64,000 nucleotides of DNA from Fimbriimonadaceae bacterium (lineage in GTDB: Bacteria > Armatimonadota > Fimbriimonadia > Fimbriimonadales > Fimbriimonadaceae): NCBI GenBank assembly GCA_050250535.1, contig JBFWOL010000005.1, positions 31,735 through 95,734 on the forward strand, in the 5' to 3' direction. Of this stretch, positions 18,623 to 28,193 are shown one piece after another (within the stretch, counting starts at the first letter, position 1; each line of letters opens with the position of its first letter). The translations under genes were made by a program, and so were the position numbers. The notes beneath the pieces were generated by a model. That model was not told the DNA's origin and did not search any database. It saw only the letters and a program-made list of their open reading frames with translations.

Positions 18623-19681
18623 ATGGGAGTCTCCCTCGACGACCGTAGCTTGGTAACCCGTCTCGACCCAAGCGGCATGTACGACCTGACGGTCGCGTTT
18701 CCGCAACAGTGCATGGAGGCACTGGAGGCTACCGACCGGGCCTCGCTCGAGATCATGGCTCCGAGCAACGTAGTACTGACGGGTTTGGGCGGATCGGCTG
18801 CGGGAGGCGACCTCACGCGGTGCCTCTTTGAGAACGAGGGACGAGCCCCGTTCATCGTGAACCGGGACTACTCGCTTCCTCGGTTCGTGGGCAGGGAGAC
18901 GCTCGTGTTTGCAGTCAGCTACTCAGGCAATACGGAAGAGACCCTGGCCGCGGTAGAGGACGCAAAGGCGAAGGGCGCACAAATCGTTGCCGTCACCAGC
19001 GGGGGAGCCTTAGGTGAGATGGCCGCCGCCGAGAAGTGGCCCATCGTGACCATCCCGGGCGGTCAACCGCCGCGGACTGCGCTGGGATACTTGTTCCTTC
19101 CTGTCGTCAAGCTGTGCGAGATGATCGGGCTGCTTCCCATGCACGACTTTGGCGCGCTTCTCGACCTTCTCCAGACCTGCTCTGAAGAGTGGGGCGTAGC
19201 CATGGCGGAGGAGACAAACCCCACAAAGCGGCTTGCCCGCGACCTGCACGGCGGTCTACCCGTGCTCTATGGCCTGGGCGGCTGGCAGTCGGCAGTGGCC
19301 TACCGATGGAAGGGCCAGATCAACGAGAACGCCAAGGTCATGGCATCGCACCACGCCTTTCCCGAGCTCTGCCACAACGAGATCCTCGGATGGGTCGGCG
19401 CGGCGGGCCAAGGCGAGATCACATGGCGTACTGTGGTTCTGAAGGACGGCACCGAGAGCGCCAAGATGAACGAGCGCGCGGCAGTCACCGCACGGCTCAC
19501 CGCAGGCGCCACCAAGACCCTCTATGCACAAGCTCCTGGGGTGACCTTGCTTGAAAAGATGCTCGCCCTTACCTACATGGGAGACTTTGTCTCTCTCTAC
19601 CTTGCTGCGCTCAATGGAGTGGATCCAGAGAACATCGACTCGATCAACACGCTGAAGAGCGCACTGGCGAAGGTGCCCTAG
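18623..19681 (+). CDS. bifunctional phosphoglucose/phosphomannose isomerase (SIS-domain, archaeal-type PGI/PMI)
   Basis: Two SIS-like halves with the AVSYSGNTEET motif; size ~350 aa. Confidence 0.7.
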   Translation: MGVSLDDRSLVTRLDPSGMYDLTVAFPQQCMEALEATDRASLEIMAPSNVVLTGLGGSAAGGDLTRCLFENEGRAPFIVNRDYSLPRFVGRETLVFAVSYSGNTEETLAAVEDAKAKGAQIVAVTSGGALGEMAAAEKWPIVTIPGGQPPRTALGYLFLPVVKLCEMIGLLPMHDFGALLDLLQTCSEEWGVAMAEETNPTKRLARDLHGGLPVLYGLGGWQSAVAYRWKGQINENAKVMASHHAFPELCHNEILGWVGAAGQGEITWRTVVLKDGTESAKMNERAAVTARLTAGATKTLYAQAPGVTLLEKMLALTYMGDFVSLYLAALNGVDPENIDSINTLKSALAKVP

Positions 19682-19682
19682 G

Positions 19683-20234
19683 GTGGGGGTCGTCGGCTGG
19701 AAGGGCGAGCACGTGCGCCTCGTGCCTCTGGACGAAGAACGCCACTTAGAGAACTACGTCGAGTGGCTTAACGATCCGGAAGTGACCGAATGGCTCCTGG
19801 TCGGGGACACGCCGCTGACCAGTCTGGGCGAGCGCGAGTTCTTCCGGAATTTGGAGTCCAGGGCGGCGTCTGAGATCATCTTCTCGATCGAGACGTTGGA
19901 CGCTCGCCATATCGGCGGTTCCGGCCTGCACGGCGTGAGCCATAAGGATCGGTGCGCCACTTCGGGGAGCTTCATCGGGGATAAGTCCGCTTGGGGCAAG
20001 GGGCTTGGGACAGACGCAAGCAGGGTGCGCGCTCGATATGCCTTCGATGTGTTGGGCCTGGATCGGCTCTTCAGCAGCCATCTGGCCGGGAACGACCGTT
20101 CAATGAGGATGCTCCAGCGCTGCGGCTACCGAGCGTGCGGGGTCTTGCCCAAGCGATATTGGAAGCGCGGCGAGTTTCGCGACGAGCACCTTTATGTGCT
20201 CGAGCGTGAGGACTGGCTACGCCAAGGCCAGTAG
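19683..20234 (+). CDS. GNAT family N-acetyltransferase (RimJ/RimL-like)
   Basis: Acetyltransferase fold motifs (RHIGGSGLHGV..GDKSAWGKGLGT). Confidence 0.7.
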   Translation: MGVVGWKGEHVRLVPLDEERHLENYVEWLNDPEVTEWLLVGDTPLTSLGEREFFRNLESRAASEIIFSIETLDARHIGGSGLHGVSHKDRCATSGSFIGDKSAWGKGLGTDASRVRARYAFDVLGLDRLFSSHLAGNDRSMRMLQRCGYRACGVLPKRYWKRGEFRDEHLYVLEREDWLRQGQ

Positions 20235-20861
20235 CTCGACCAACCTGGGATCGCCCAGCGAACTTATGACGAGGTCGGCGGCGGAGAGGTCGAACGACTC
20301 GGTCACTGGGTTGGGGAACGCGACGACCCTCATGCCGGCAGCTTTGGCTGCGGCTACTCCGTTTGGGGAGTCTTCGATGGCGACGCACTCTTCGGTCGCA
20401 ATGCCGAGATGCTGGGCGGCAAGGAGAAAGAGGTCGGGGGCCGGCTTGACCCTTCGTACGTGGTCGCGGGTTACGACGGCTTGAAAGGCGCCGCACAAGC
20501 CGAATTGTTCCAGATAGCCGCAGACCCACGAAACTCGGGAAGAGGACGCCACGGCCATGGGAGTGCCACGTTCGCCCAACAAGGCCAGAAGCTCCCGCAC
20601 GCCTGGCCTGGGCGCGAGCCCCTCTGCCTCGGCGGCATACCTGGCGCCGCGTGAGGCCATGACGGCAATTGAGTCGAGCGGGCCGGCGAGGGACTCCAAA
20701 TGCTCGAGCACGTCCCATTCGCCCCCTCCAACGCACTGGATCCACTCGGACAACTCCAGTCGCACGCCGTGCGACGCAAACTCCGCAGACCAAGTGGAGA
20801 ACTCCAGCGATTCGGTGTCCGTGATGGTGCCGTCGAAATCGAATACGACGGCGTTTGCCAA
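20217..20861 (-). CDS. HAD-superfamily hydrolase (beta-phosphoglucomutase-like)
   Basis: VVFDFDGTITDTE motif I and C-terminal motifs; convergent 18-nt overlap with the GNAT gene. Confidence 0.75.
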   Translation of the reverse strand: MANAVVFDFDGTITDTESLEFSTWSAEFASHGVRLELSEWIQCVGGGEWDVLEHLESLAGPLDSIAVMASRGARYAAEAEGLAPRPGVRELLALLGERGTPMAVASSSRVSWVCGYLEQFGLCGAFQAVVTRDHVRRVKPAPDLFLLAAQHLGIATEECVAIEDSPNGVAAAKAAGMRVVAFPNPVTESFDLSAADLVISSLGDPRLVELLALA

Positions 20862-20863
20862 GG

Positions 20864-22573
20864 CTAGTCGTTCAGGGCCTTGGCCCGCTCCACGTCCAGC
20901 TCGACCGGGATGCGGAACTTGAATGTCGAACCCTTGCCAACGACCGACTCGGCCCAGACCTTGCCCAGGTGCACGTCCTCGACCAGGTGCTTGACGAGGA
21001 AGAGTCCAAGCCCGGTGCCGTAAATCTTACGGTTATCGTCGTTGTTCACGCGGTGGAAGCGATCGAAGACCTTATCGAGATGGTCTGTCGGGATGCCGAT
21101 ACCCTGATCCTCGATGCCCATCTCAATATCGTCGCCGTCGACTTTCACGTGGACGATTACATCCCCCCCCTCAGGAGAGTACTTGATCGCATTGTTGAGG
21201 AGGTTGGTGAGGATCTGATCGACCTTGTCTTCGTCGCCGACGATCTCTTCCGGCAGCTCGCCGATGAGCGCTTTGCAGACTCGGTGCTTTGGCGACGCTT
21301 GGTTCTGCACGATGACGACCTTGTCAATCAGCTCGCCGATGTTGAACTTGGTGTAGTTCGGTTTGAGGCTCTGTCCCGCTTCGATTCTGGCGGTGTTGAG
21401 CAAGTCGTCGATGAGGCGGCGCAAGCGGTCGCACTCGTGGACGACAATGCCGAGAAACTCCTTTTGCTCGTCTACAGAGAACATCTGAGAGTCGATCCCA
21501 TCGAGCAAAGTCGTGCTGAAGCCTTTTATCGCGGTCAGCGGGGTTCGCAGTTCATGGCTCGCCATAGCCACGAATCCGCTCTTCATCTTGTCGATGTTTT
21601 TCTGTTCGGTAACGTCGTTGAGAACCGTGACGAATCCAAGGGTTCGGCCCTCTTCGTTCTTCACAGTGGTCCCCTGTACGCTGAGGATTCTCTCGACCGT
21701 ACCAACTGTGAACTCGATCTCGATCGCGCCGACTTCCTCACCTTCCAGCGCTGCCTGGAAGAATTCTTGGATCGGCTTGTTGCTGAAGACGTGGTGGTAC
21801 GTCTTGCCGATTGCGTCGGAACCGATCCCAAAGAGCGCCCTCGCTGTTGCATTCACCTGGCTTAGCTTTCCTTCTGGATTGAGAAGGATCAGCCCACTGG
21901 TGATGGACTCTAAGGTCTGCAGGAGCTCCTCGCGCTCTTCGACGACCTCGCGATAGAGCTGGAGGTTCGCGATGATCGAGCCGACGTTGCGCGCCATGCG
22001 CTCGAGCAGCCGCACGTCCTCTTCGTTAAAGTCCTCGTTCGCCCGCTTGTTGAAGGCGTGCAGGACGCCGATGGTGTTGCGTTCGATGACTCGGTTCTCG
22101 TCATCGCGCTTCTCGATGATCAGCGGGACGGTGATGCCGTTGTGGACATGGAGCAAGCTCACCATGTCCTTGGAAGTGCGAGAATCGGACGTCGCATCGT
22201 GGAACACGGCAGGTTCGCCGCTACGGAAGACCTCGCCTGAGATTCCCTGCGTGGCGCGAACCCGGAAAACCGCGAGCCGGTTCTCGTCCATGCCGTAGGC
22301 CGGTGGAATGGCGATCAGTTCGCCCGCCTCCCGGTCGTAGAACATGATGACGATGGTCTCGGCCTGGAGGATCATAGCAACCCTCTGAACCAGCCGGCGC
22401 AAGGTCAGGTCGCCTTCTTGGATCGGTGCGACGTCGTGCTCGATCGGAACGGCACGCGGGCCCGGTGACGCGTCCGCTGCGCCTTCTTGGCGCAAACGGA
22501 CAATCTCGGCCTCAAGCTCCAAGATTTTCGTACGGAGGGACTCAGGTTCGTTGGAACCAGGCGATGCGCTCAT
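20864..22573 (-). CDS. cytoplasmic sensor histidine kinase, coiled-coil + GAF + PAS + HisKA + HATPase_c
   Basis: H-box MASHELRTPLTAIKGF; N/G boxes NLLNNAIKYSP, GTGLGLFLVK; no transmembrane segment; no adjacent response regulator. Confidence 0.85.
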   Translation of the reverse strand: MSASPGSNEPESLRTKILELEAEIVRLRQEGAADASPGPRAVPIEHDVAPIQEGDLTLRRLVQRVAMILQAETIVIMFYDREAGELIAIPPAYGMDENRLAVFRVRATQGISGEVFRSGEPAVFHDATSDSRTSKDMVSLLHVHNGITVPLIIEKRDDENRVIERNTIGVLHAFNKRANEDFNEEDVRLLERMARNVGSIIANLQLYREVVEEREELLQTLESITSGLILLNPEGKLSQVNATARALFGIGSDAIGKTYHHVFSNKPIQEFFQAALEGEEVGAIEIEFTVGTVERILSVQGTTVKNEEGRTLGFVTVLNDVTEQKNIDKMKSGFVAMASHELRTPLTAIKGFSTTLLDGIDSQMFSVDEQKEFLGIVVHECDRLRRLIDDLLNTARIEAGQSLKPNYTKFNIGELIDKVVIVQNQASPKHRVCKALIGELPEEIVGDEDKVDQILTNLLNNAIKYSPEGGDVIVHVKVDGDDIEMGIEDQGIGIPTDHLDKVFDRFHRVNNDDNRKIYGTGLGLFLVKHLVEDVHLGKVWAESVVGKGSTFKFRIPVELDVERAKALND

Positions 22574-22691
22574 CGTGCAATTGTCCGGAGGGACACCCCT
22601 GCGGAAGCTCCGAGAATACCAGTCAGTCGTAGGGTTCGCGGGACGCTGGGCACGTCACGCCGTCGGAAGACGTCCAACCATAATAGAAGTG

Positions 22692-23363
22692 ATGGGCGAC
22701 CACTGGGAAGAACTGCCGCTGTTCCCGATGGACTTGGTCCTGTTTCCTTATGCCTCGCTGCAGGTGCACGTCGTCGACGCCAGGTTCAAGAGCCTGATAC
22801 GGCACTGCGTCAAGATGGACCAATCGTTCGGGATCGTCCTCACGAGGCCGAGCGCCCAGGGGCGACAGACCGACGATGCGTACCTCGTTGGGACTGCCGC
22901 GCGCGTACTCAGTGTCCAGAGCTTCGACGACGGAAACTTGGAAGTGAGCGTGAAAGGGGAGCGGCGATTCCGCATCCGCAAGCTTGACGAGAGCGGTGAG
23001 TTCCCTGTCGGTATGGTCGAGGCGGTGGTGGAGCTGGAGGTCGAAAGTTCGCCTCGAGCCCACGCCCTTTCGTACAAGACGAGGGAGTACACCGAAGCCT
23101 ATATCGCCAGCCAGTTCAGCATGGCCGCCTATAAGGTTGCGATGGTTAGGCTTCCTCAGGACATGACTGCGCTGTCGTTCCTGGTCGCCAATCTGCTCCA
23201 CATCGAGAACATCGAAAAGCAGCGCATGTTGGAGACGACCGACACGCTCGAACGATTGGCAGAACTGATCCCGATCTTGGAGCGGCAGATCCTCGAAGCA
23301 AGCTCAAAGGAGTGCGTCAGCCTCGGGCCCGAGGCGCTCTCGCACTGGCTGCACCCGAACTAG
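22692..23363 (+). CDS. LON N-terminal (substrate-binding) domain protein, stand-alone
   Basis: LPLFPMDLVLFPYASLQVHVVDARF is the LON_substr_bdg signature; ATG at 22692 is preceded by TAATAG stops and a CATAAT -10-like element. Confidence 0.65.
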   Translation: MGDHWEELPLFPMDLVLFPYASLQVHVVDARFKSLIRHCVKMDQSFGIVLTRPSAQGRQTDDAYLVGTAARVLSVQSFDDGNLEVSVKGERRFRIRKLDESGEFPVGMVEAVVELEVESSPRAHALSYKTREYTEAYIASQFSMAAYKVAMVRLPQDMTALSFLVANLLHIENIEKQRMLETTDTLERLAELIPILERQILEASSKECVSLGPEALSHWLHPN

Positions 23364-23367
23364 GCGC

Positions 23368-24522
23368 CTACTTGGGGACGCTGAGCGCCCATGTTCGCAA
23401 GGTCTTGTCCAGCCCGCCGCTGACGAGCGCGTTCCCTCGCGGGTGGAAGTCCAGGCACGAGACGGCCTGGTGGGACGCCTCGAGCTGCCCGTGACCCACG
23501 CCGGCGAGCACGTTCCAGAGCCCGATTGTCCCATCCCTGCTTGCGCTGGCGAGGAGCCAGCTGCGAGGATGGAACCGAAGAGCCTCGATGGGTCGCTCGT
23601 GCCCGTGGAACGTCTTCTTGAGCTTGCCCTCGGGGACGGAGAACGCGCGGATCGAGAGGTCCACCCCGGCGACGGCGAGCCACCGGCCGTCCGGGCTGAA
23701 CGCCAAGGCCGTGACGGTCGAGCGCACCCGCTCCAAGGAGGACATGAACCTGCCAGAACTTACATCGTAAAGCCGCACGACGGCGTCTCCGCCGCCGGTC
23801 GCAAGGTATCGGCCGTCGGCTGACCAGGCCAACGACGTAACTCCGTCGTCGTGGCCTGTGTCTTCCCATAGGGGCTTGGCGGCTTGGGTGTCAAAAACCC
23901 GAATCCGTCCCTCGACCGACCCGGTCGCGACCTTGCTTCCGTCCTCGGTCAGGGCGATCGCCACCGACCACTCGTTCGGAACCCTTCGCCATGACCTCAC
24001 CTGGTCGCCCTCGATCTGCCAGCACGAGAGCACATGGTCCGTGGTTCCGGCGGCGACGACCTTGTCGTCGGCCGGGATCGAGAGCGCGCTCACGACACCG
24101 CTCTCCAGGCGCATCTTGCGTTCGACACGGTCGCCTTCGGCAGACCAGAAGAAGACTTCGTTGTCAAATGCGGCCGTCACCCTGCGCCCGCTCGCTGGGG
24201 AATGCCCGATGCAATAGACCGGGGTCTTGTGCTCGCGCTGGCGTCGCACGACGGTGGCTACGACGGTGAGAGGGCCGGTGCCGCGTGAACTTTCGTCTGG
24301 CTCGCGAAAAGCACCGACCCCGATGGATGCGTCGTACTGCGCCCGGCGGATCGGATCGCTCAGGATTTCGAACGCCGCGTTCAACTGAGCCATGTAGACG
24401 TTTGCCACCGGGTCGTCGTTCAGGTCCGGGTGGTACTCTCTGGCTAGCTTCCGATACGCGCTCCTGACTTCGCTGGGCGGAGCTTTGGGGGCCACCCTCA
24501 GTATCTCGTAGTGCGTAGGCAC
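23368..24522 (-). CDS. DnaJ (J-domain) - WD40 beta-propeller fusion protein
   Basis: N-terminal YEILRV..AYRKLAREYHPDLN (HPD motif); C-terminal seven WD-like repeats (GHDDGVTSLAWSADGRYLATGGGD..). Confidence 0.75.
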   Translation of the reverse strand: MPTHYEILRVAPKAPPSEVRSAYRKLAREYHPDLNDDPVANVYMAQLNAAFEILSDPIRRAQYDASIGVGAFREPDESSRGTGPLTVVATVVRRQREHKTPVYCIGHSPASGRRVTAAFDNEVFFWSAEGDRVERKMRLESGVVSALSIPADDKVVAAGTTDHVLSCWQIEGDQVRSWRRVPNEWSVAIALTEDGSKVATGSVEGRIRVFDTQAAKPLWEDTGHDDGVTSLAWSADGRYLATGGGDAVVRLYDVSSGRFMSSLERVRSTVTALAFSPDGRWLAVAGVDLSIRAFSVPEGKLKKTFHGHERPIEALRFHPRSWLLASASRDGTIGLWNVLAGVGHGQLEASHQAVSCLDFHPRGNALVSGGLDKTLRTWALSVPK

Positions 24523-24585
24523 AGGCTGTGCGGCGATTATGAGACCGGCTGGCCCCGGGGCCCAGGAAACATGCGAGAATGAGCC

Positions 24586-25647
24586 GTGCTTGGCGTCGGC
24601 ATTGTGGGTTGCGGGAACATCAGTTCGATCTACGCCGCCAACCTAGGCGGTGCTGTTGTCGGAGTGGCAGACTTGGACACCGGGCGTGCGGAAGCCTTGG
24701 CCGCCCGTGGAGGGATTCGGGCATTTGCTTCGGTGCCCGAGCTTCTCGAGTCCCCGCACGTGGGCATTGTCCTCAACCTCACGACGCCCGACGGGCACTT
24801 CTCGGTCAGCGAGGCCGCGCTCCGGGCAGGCAAGCACGTCTATGTCGAGAAGCCTCTCTCCTCGAGCTTGGTCGAAGCCCGCGCGCTCTTGGATTTGGCA
24901 GATTCGAAGAGTCTGGTGGTCGGTTGCGCACCGGACACCGTCCTCGGCGCCGGGATTCAGACCTGTAGGCGTCTGGTGGACGACGGCTCACTCGGCGAGG
25001 TGACGACCGGTTTCGCCTCGATGCTTTGCCCGGGGCACGAGGCTTGGCACCCAGCCCCAGCCTTCTATTACAATTCTGGTGGGGGGCCGATGTGGGACAT
25101 GGGGCCGTACTATCTGACTGCGCTCGTGTGGCTGCTCGGGCCAATCGCCGCGGTCACAGCCTCGGCATCCACGCCGCGATCCGAGCGGACGGTGGCCTCC
25201 GGGCCCAAAGCTGGCGAGAGAGTCCCAGTCGAGACCCCGACCACGATCGCGGCGACCCTCGAGCTCGTTTCGGGTGCGGTCGTCCAGTTCTTGGTTTCCT
25301 TCGACGTTGCCGCGCACGATTTGCCGCACCTTGAGCTTCATGGGCAGCGAGGGGCACTGCGCGTGCCGGATCCTAACGGCTTTGGTGGGGCACCCTTGGT
25401 GCGGGAAGCCTCGGGGTGGCAGCCTGTTCCCCTCGATCCCGGGCTCAACGAAAACGCGCGAGGGATCGGGGTGCGCGAGATGGCTAGGGCGATCGAGAGA
25501 GGAGCGACCCCTCGCTGCTCAGGGGAGGTCGCGCTCCATATCGTCGAAGTGATGGCAGGCGCGCTCGACTCGGCGACAAGGGGCTCGCGCGTGACCATCG
25601 CATCTCGGCCCAGTCGTCCGGCACCGTTTCGCGGTGGAGAATGGTAG
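24586..25647 (+). CDS. Gfo/Idh/MocA family NAD(P)-dependent oxidoreductase
   Basis: GTG start; Rossmann motif GIVGCGNIS and EKPLS motif. Confidence 0.8.
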   Translation: MLGVGIVGCGNISSIYAANLGGAVVGVADLDTGRAEALAARGGIRAFASVPELLESPHVGIVLNLTTPDGHFSVSEAALRAGKHVYVEKPLSSSLVEARALLDLADSKSLVVGCAPDTVLGAGIQTCRRLVDDGSLGEVTTGFASMLCPGHEAWHPAPAFYYNSGGGPMWDMGPYYLTALVWLLGPIAAVTASASTPRSERTVASGPKAGERVPVETPTTIAATLELVSGAVVQFLVSFDVAAHDLPHLELHGQRGALRVPDPNGFGGAPLVREASGWQPVPLDPGLNENARGIGVREMARAIERGATPRCSGEVALHIVEVMAGALDSATRGSRVTIASRPSRPAPFRGGEW

Positions 25648-26168
25648 CCCGCAGAGCAACCTGGCCCGAGTTCCTCCTCGCGCTCGCTACGGCGGTGATG
25701 ATCGGGCACAACTTGAGCCTCGCCCGGACGGCCGACCAGTCGCAGTCAGCGATGTTCTTCTATTGGCAAAACCCGTGGGTCGGACCGATGAACCTGGGCT
25801 CGACGCTCTTATGCGGGGCCGTCTGCCTCGGGGTGGCGGCATGGATCGGCATGCCGGGGCGCGGTCGCCTGTTTGGGCCGCTGCTCCTGGTGTTCTGCTG
25901 TATCGGGGCTGCGGGTGCCTGGTCAGAAGCCGTGCTCGCAGCCAGGGCAGAGGCTTCCGCGGGTTACGTCCTCGCCGGGTTGCCGATCCTGCCGTTGAGT
26001 TCTTACGGCCTGGTAGGTTCCCAGGCTTTCCTCACGTACATCCTGTCCTCAGTCGTAAGGCGAGGAGGCGCGAGGCCGCCCTTTGGACTCGTGCTGCTCT
26101 GGTCGGTCGGCTTGCTTTGCACACAATGGCTCGCATGGGACGGCGTCCTGCGCACGACCCAACCGTAG
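25641..26168 (+). CDS. hypothetical polytopic membrane protein
   Basis: ATG overlaps the upstream TAG (ATGGTAG); 4-5 hydrophobic helices; preferred over the Arg-rich alternate frame 25634..26392. Confidence 0.45.
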   Translation: MVARRATWPEFLLALATAVMIGHNLSLARTADQSQSAMFFYWQNPWVGPMNLGSTLLCGAVCLGVAAWIGMPGRGRLFGPLLLVFCCIGAAGAWSEAVLAARAEASAGYVLAGLPILPLSSYGLVGSQAFLTYILSSVVRRGGARPPFGLVLLWSVGLLCTQWLAWDGVLRTTQP

Positions 26169-26186
26169 GGATATCCTCAGCTACCG

Positions 26187-26630
26187 GTGGCCCGAAAGCT
26201 CGTCTTTCTTGCGCTCGTGCTGTTCTTGCTCGCCTTTCCGGCGCTAGGACTGCTGTGGATCTGGAGCGATGGACACTCCAAGGTTCGGTTATCGGCGATC
26301 GCCGAGGCAAACCGGGTGATGCCGGAGCTTCTCGCAGCGACGGACCTCGCCACGCTGGACTCCTACGGAACGCTCGAGTTTCGGCAGTCTAGGCAGGCGG
26401 CAGCGTTCGTGGAAGCACGGCTCAAGATGGGCAGACCGGTCTCGTCCGGCTCTGCCCGGGCAGTGGGTTCAAAGTCCGGCTCCAAGAACGACCGCGTGTG
26501 GCACTTCGTGGATTTGGTCACCGACGTACGGTTCGACTCGGGGGCCGCGAAGGTGCGGCTCAAGCTCGCTCGCGAAACCATGGCTCCCGATTGGCGGATC
26601 GAAGACATCGTAATTTCACAGAATCCCTGA
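26187..26630 (+). CDS. membrane-anchored hypothetical protein (NTF2-like C-terminal domain; distant paralogue of 43040..43507)
   Basis: N-terminal TM anchor; C-terminus VRFDSGAAKVRLKLARE..WRIEDIVISQN resembles VRFEFKKE..WRLVSIQASN of the ORF at 43040. Confidence 0.45.
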   Translation: MARKLVFLALVLFLLAFPALGLLWIWSDGHSKVRLSAIAEANRVMPELLAATDLATLDSYGTLEFRQSRQAAAFVEARLKMGRPVSSGSARAVGSKSGSKNDRVWHFVDLVTDVRFDSGAAKVRLKLARETMAPDWRIEDIVISQNP

Positions 26631-26642
26631 TACGATTGTGAT

Positions 26643-27479
26643 ATGCGAGTGTTCGTGTCGGCCGACATGGAAGGATGCACAGGAGTCGTGACGTGGGGCC
26701 AGTGCGCCGGGCCCGCCACCGCCACCCACGACTGGGAGTTTGCCCGCCGCATGATGACGCACGACGTGAACGCCGCGATCCGTGGCGCGCACACAGCCGG
26801 CGCTTCGCATGTGATCGTCAAGGATAGTCACGGGATCGGCAAGAACCTGCTCATCGACGAGTTGGAACCAGGAACCGAACTGGTATCCGGCTCGTGCTGG
26901 TGTGAAGACGGCATGGTCCAAGGAGTTGCGGACGAAGCTGCGGCGGCAGTGCTCGTCGGCTACCACGCGAGGGCAGGAACCCCCAGTGCAGTCATGGAGC
27001 ACACCATGGTCGGCGGCGTGCACCGCCTCTGGATCAATGGCACTGAGGCCGGGGAGATCTATCTCGCCGTCGCGACTTGCGCCTCGCGGGGCGTCCCTGT
27101 AGTGGCTATCGTGAGCGACGCCGCGGGGTGCCACGAGGCCAGAGAACTGGTGCCCAGCATCCATACGGCGGTCACAAAGCACGGAATGGGCAAGTACCTT
27201 GCACGGCTGCTCCACCCGGATGCGACCGGCAGGCTGATACGAGACCAGGTGCGAGACGGCGTTCTCGCCGCTGCCAGGCCAGCGTTCGAAGTCGGCGCCG
27301 AACAGGCAGTGAAGATGCAGACGAAGAGCACCGAACAGGCAGACGCGGTGGCCGATCTCGACGGATGGACGAGGGAGGACGGCTACACGCTGACCTCGGA
27401 GTGGCCGGACTGGCGTACCGCCCACGTCCACATGCTCTCCGCGTTCCAAAGCATCGCAGGCGCGGGCTCCCGCGGCTGA
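26643..27479 (+). CDS. dppA: D-aminopeptidase DppA (M55 family metallopeptidase)
   Basis: MRVFVSADMEGCTGV N-terminus and VIVKDSHG motif characteristic of M55. Confidence 0.8.
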   Translation: MRVFVSADMEGCTGVVTWGQCAGPATATHDWEFARRMMTHDVNAAIRGAHTAGASHVIVKDSHGIGKNLLIDELEPGTELVSGSCWCEDGMVQGVADEAAAAVLVGYHARAGTPSAVMEHTMVGGVHRLWINGTEAGEIYLAVATCASRGVPVVAIVSDAAGCHEARELVPSIHTAVTKHGMGKYLARLLHPDATGRLIRDQVRDGVLAAARPAFEVGAEQAVKMQTKSTEQADAVADLDGWTREDGYTLTSEWPDWRTAHVHMLSAFQSIAGAGSRG

Positions 27480-27672
27480 CGATCGGGCACGACTGAGCGA
27501 GGCCGCGGTCGGGAGGCACACACCGTGGCCGCATCGAGCCGCTGCGGGCTAAGAAGAAGGCTAGCCTCGTGCGTTGCTGGATGCTTGTCCCCTTGATGGG
27601 AAGACGAAAATCCAACCCTCAGGGATGGTCGTTTTTCGGGGAACCAGGCAGGAGTCGGAACCGGTGAGGTGA

Positions 27673-27748
27673 TGGCACCCTGGGGGGGATTCGAACCCCC
27701 GACCAACGGCTTAGAAGGCCGCTGCTCTGTCCACTGAGCTACCAGGGC
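27673..27748 (-). tRNA. tRNA-Arg (anticodon TCT)
   Basis: Reverse complement GCCCTGGTAGCTCAGTGGACAGAGCAGCGGCCTTCTAAGCCGTTGGTCGGGGGTTCGAATCCCCCCCAGGGTGCCA: 7-bp acceptor, D, anticodon loop CUUCUAA, T-arm GGTTCGAATCC, encoded CCA. Confidence 0.85.
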
Positions 27749-27767
27749 GTGGGGATCGCAAGAGTAC

Positions 27768-28175
27768 CTAGCGAGCTCGCTTGCCGTTCCAGCACGCGGC
27801 CAAAGCGATCACCGCAAGCCCCGCGATCGCCAACGGCGGAAAGACCGGGGGCCAGTTCCCTATAACCTGGGAACCGGGCTTGCTCCACACGTCAAGGTAC
27901 ACGCGGAACGGTTGTAGGTTGCCCGAAGTGTGCAAGTATATTCCCGCTGCACTTACACCGATCCCCAATGCTAGCAGGTATTGGGCGAGGGTACGGAAGA
28001 ATCCGGACTTGGCCATGCCCATAAGGCAGGCGAGTGCGCCGATCCCACAATAAACGATCGGGATCCATGCGGTCTGGAGCCTCTCGAGCACGAGGCGGTG
28101 CTCATAGCGGATCTCTGCCGCAAGACCGAGAAAAGCAAGCGCACAGATGAGCAGAACGACATTCTCCCGCCGCAC
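27768..28175 (-). CDS. small polytopic membrane protein (tandem paralogue 1)
   Basis: MRRENVVLLICALAFLGLAAEIRYEHR..; four hydrophobic helices; homologous to the next ORF. Confidence 0.5.
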   Translation of the reverse strand: MRRENVVLLICALAFLGLAAEIRYEHRLVLERLQTAWIPIVYCGIGALACLMGMAKSGFFRTLAQYLLALGIGVSAAGIYLHTSGNLQPFRVYLDVWSKPGSQVIGNWPPVFPPLAIAGLAVIALAACWNGKRAR

Positions 28176-28193
28176 GCCCCATTGTGGCGCATC

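Noticed and set aside
25634-26392. 252-aa alternate-frame ORF
   Set aside because: Arg/Gly/Pro-rich translation; the overlapping frames 25641..26168 and 26187..26630 give hydrophobic membrane proteins with sensible starts.
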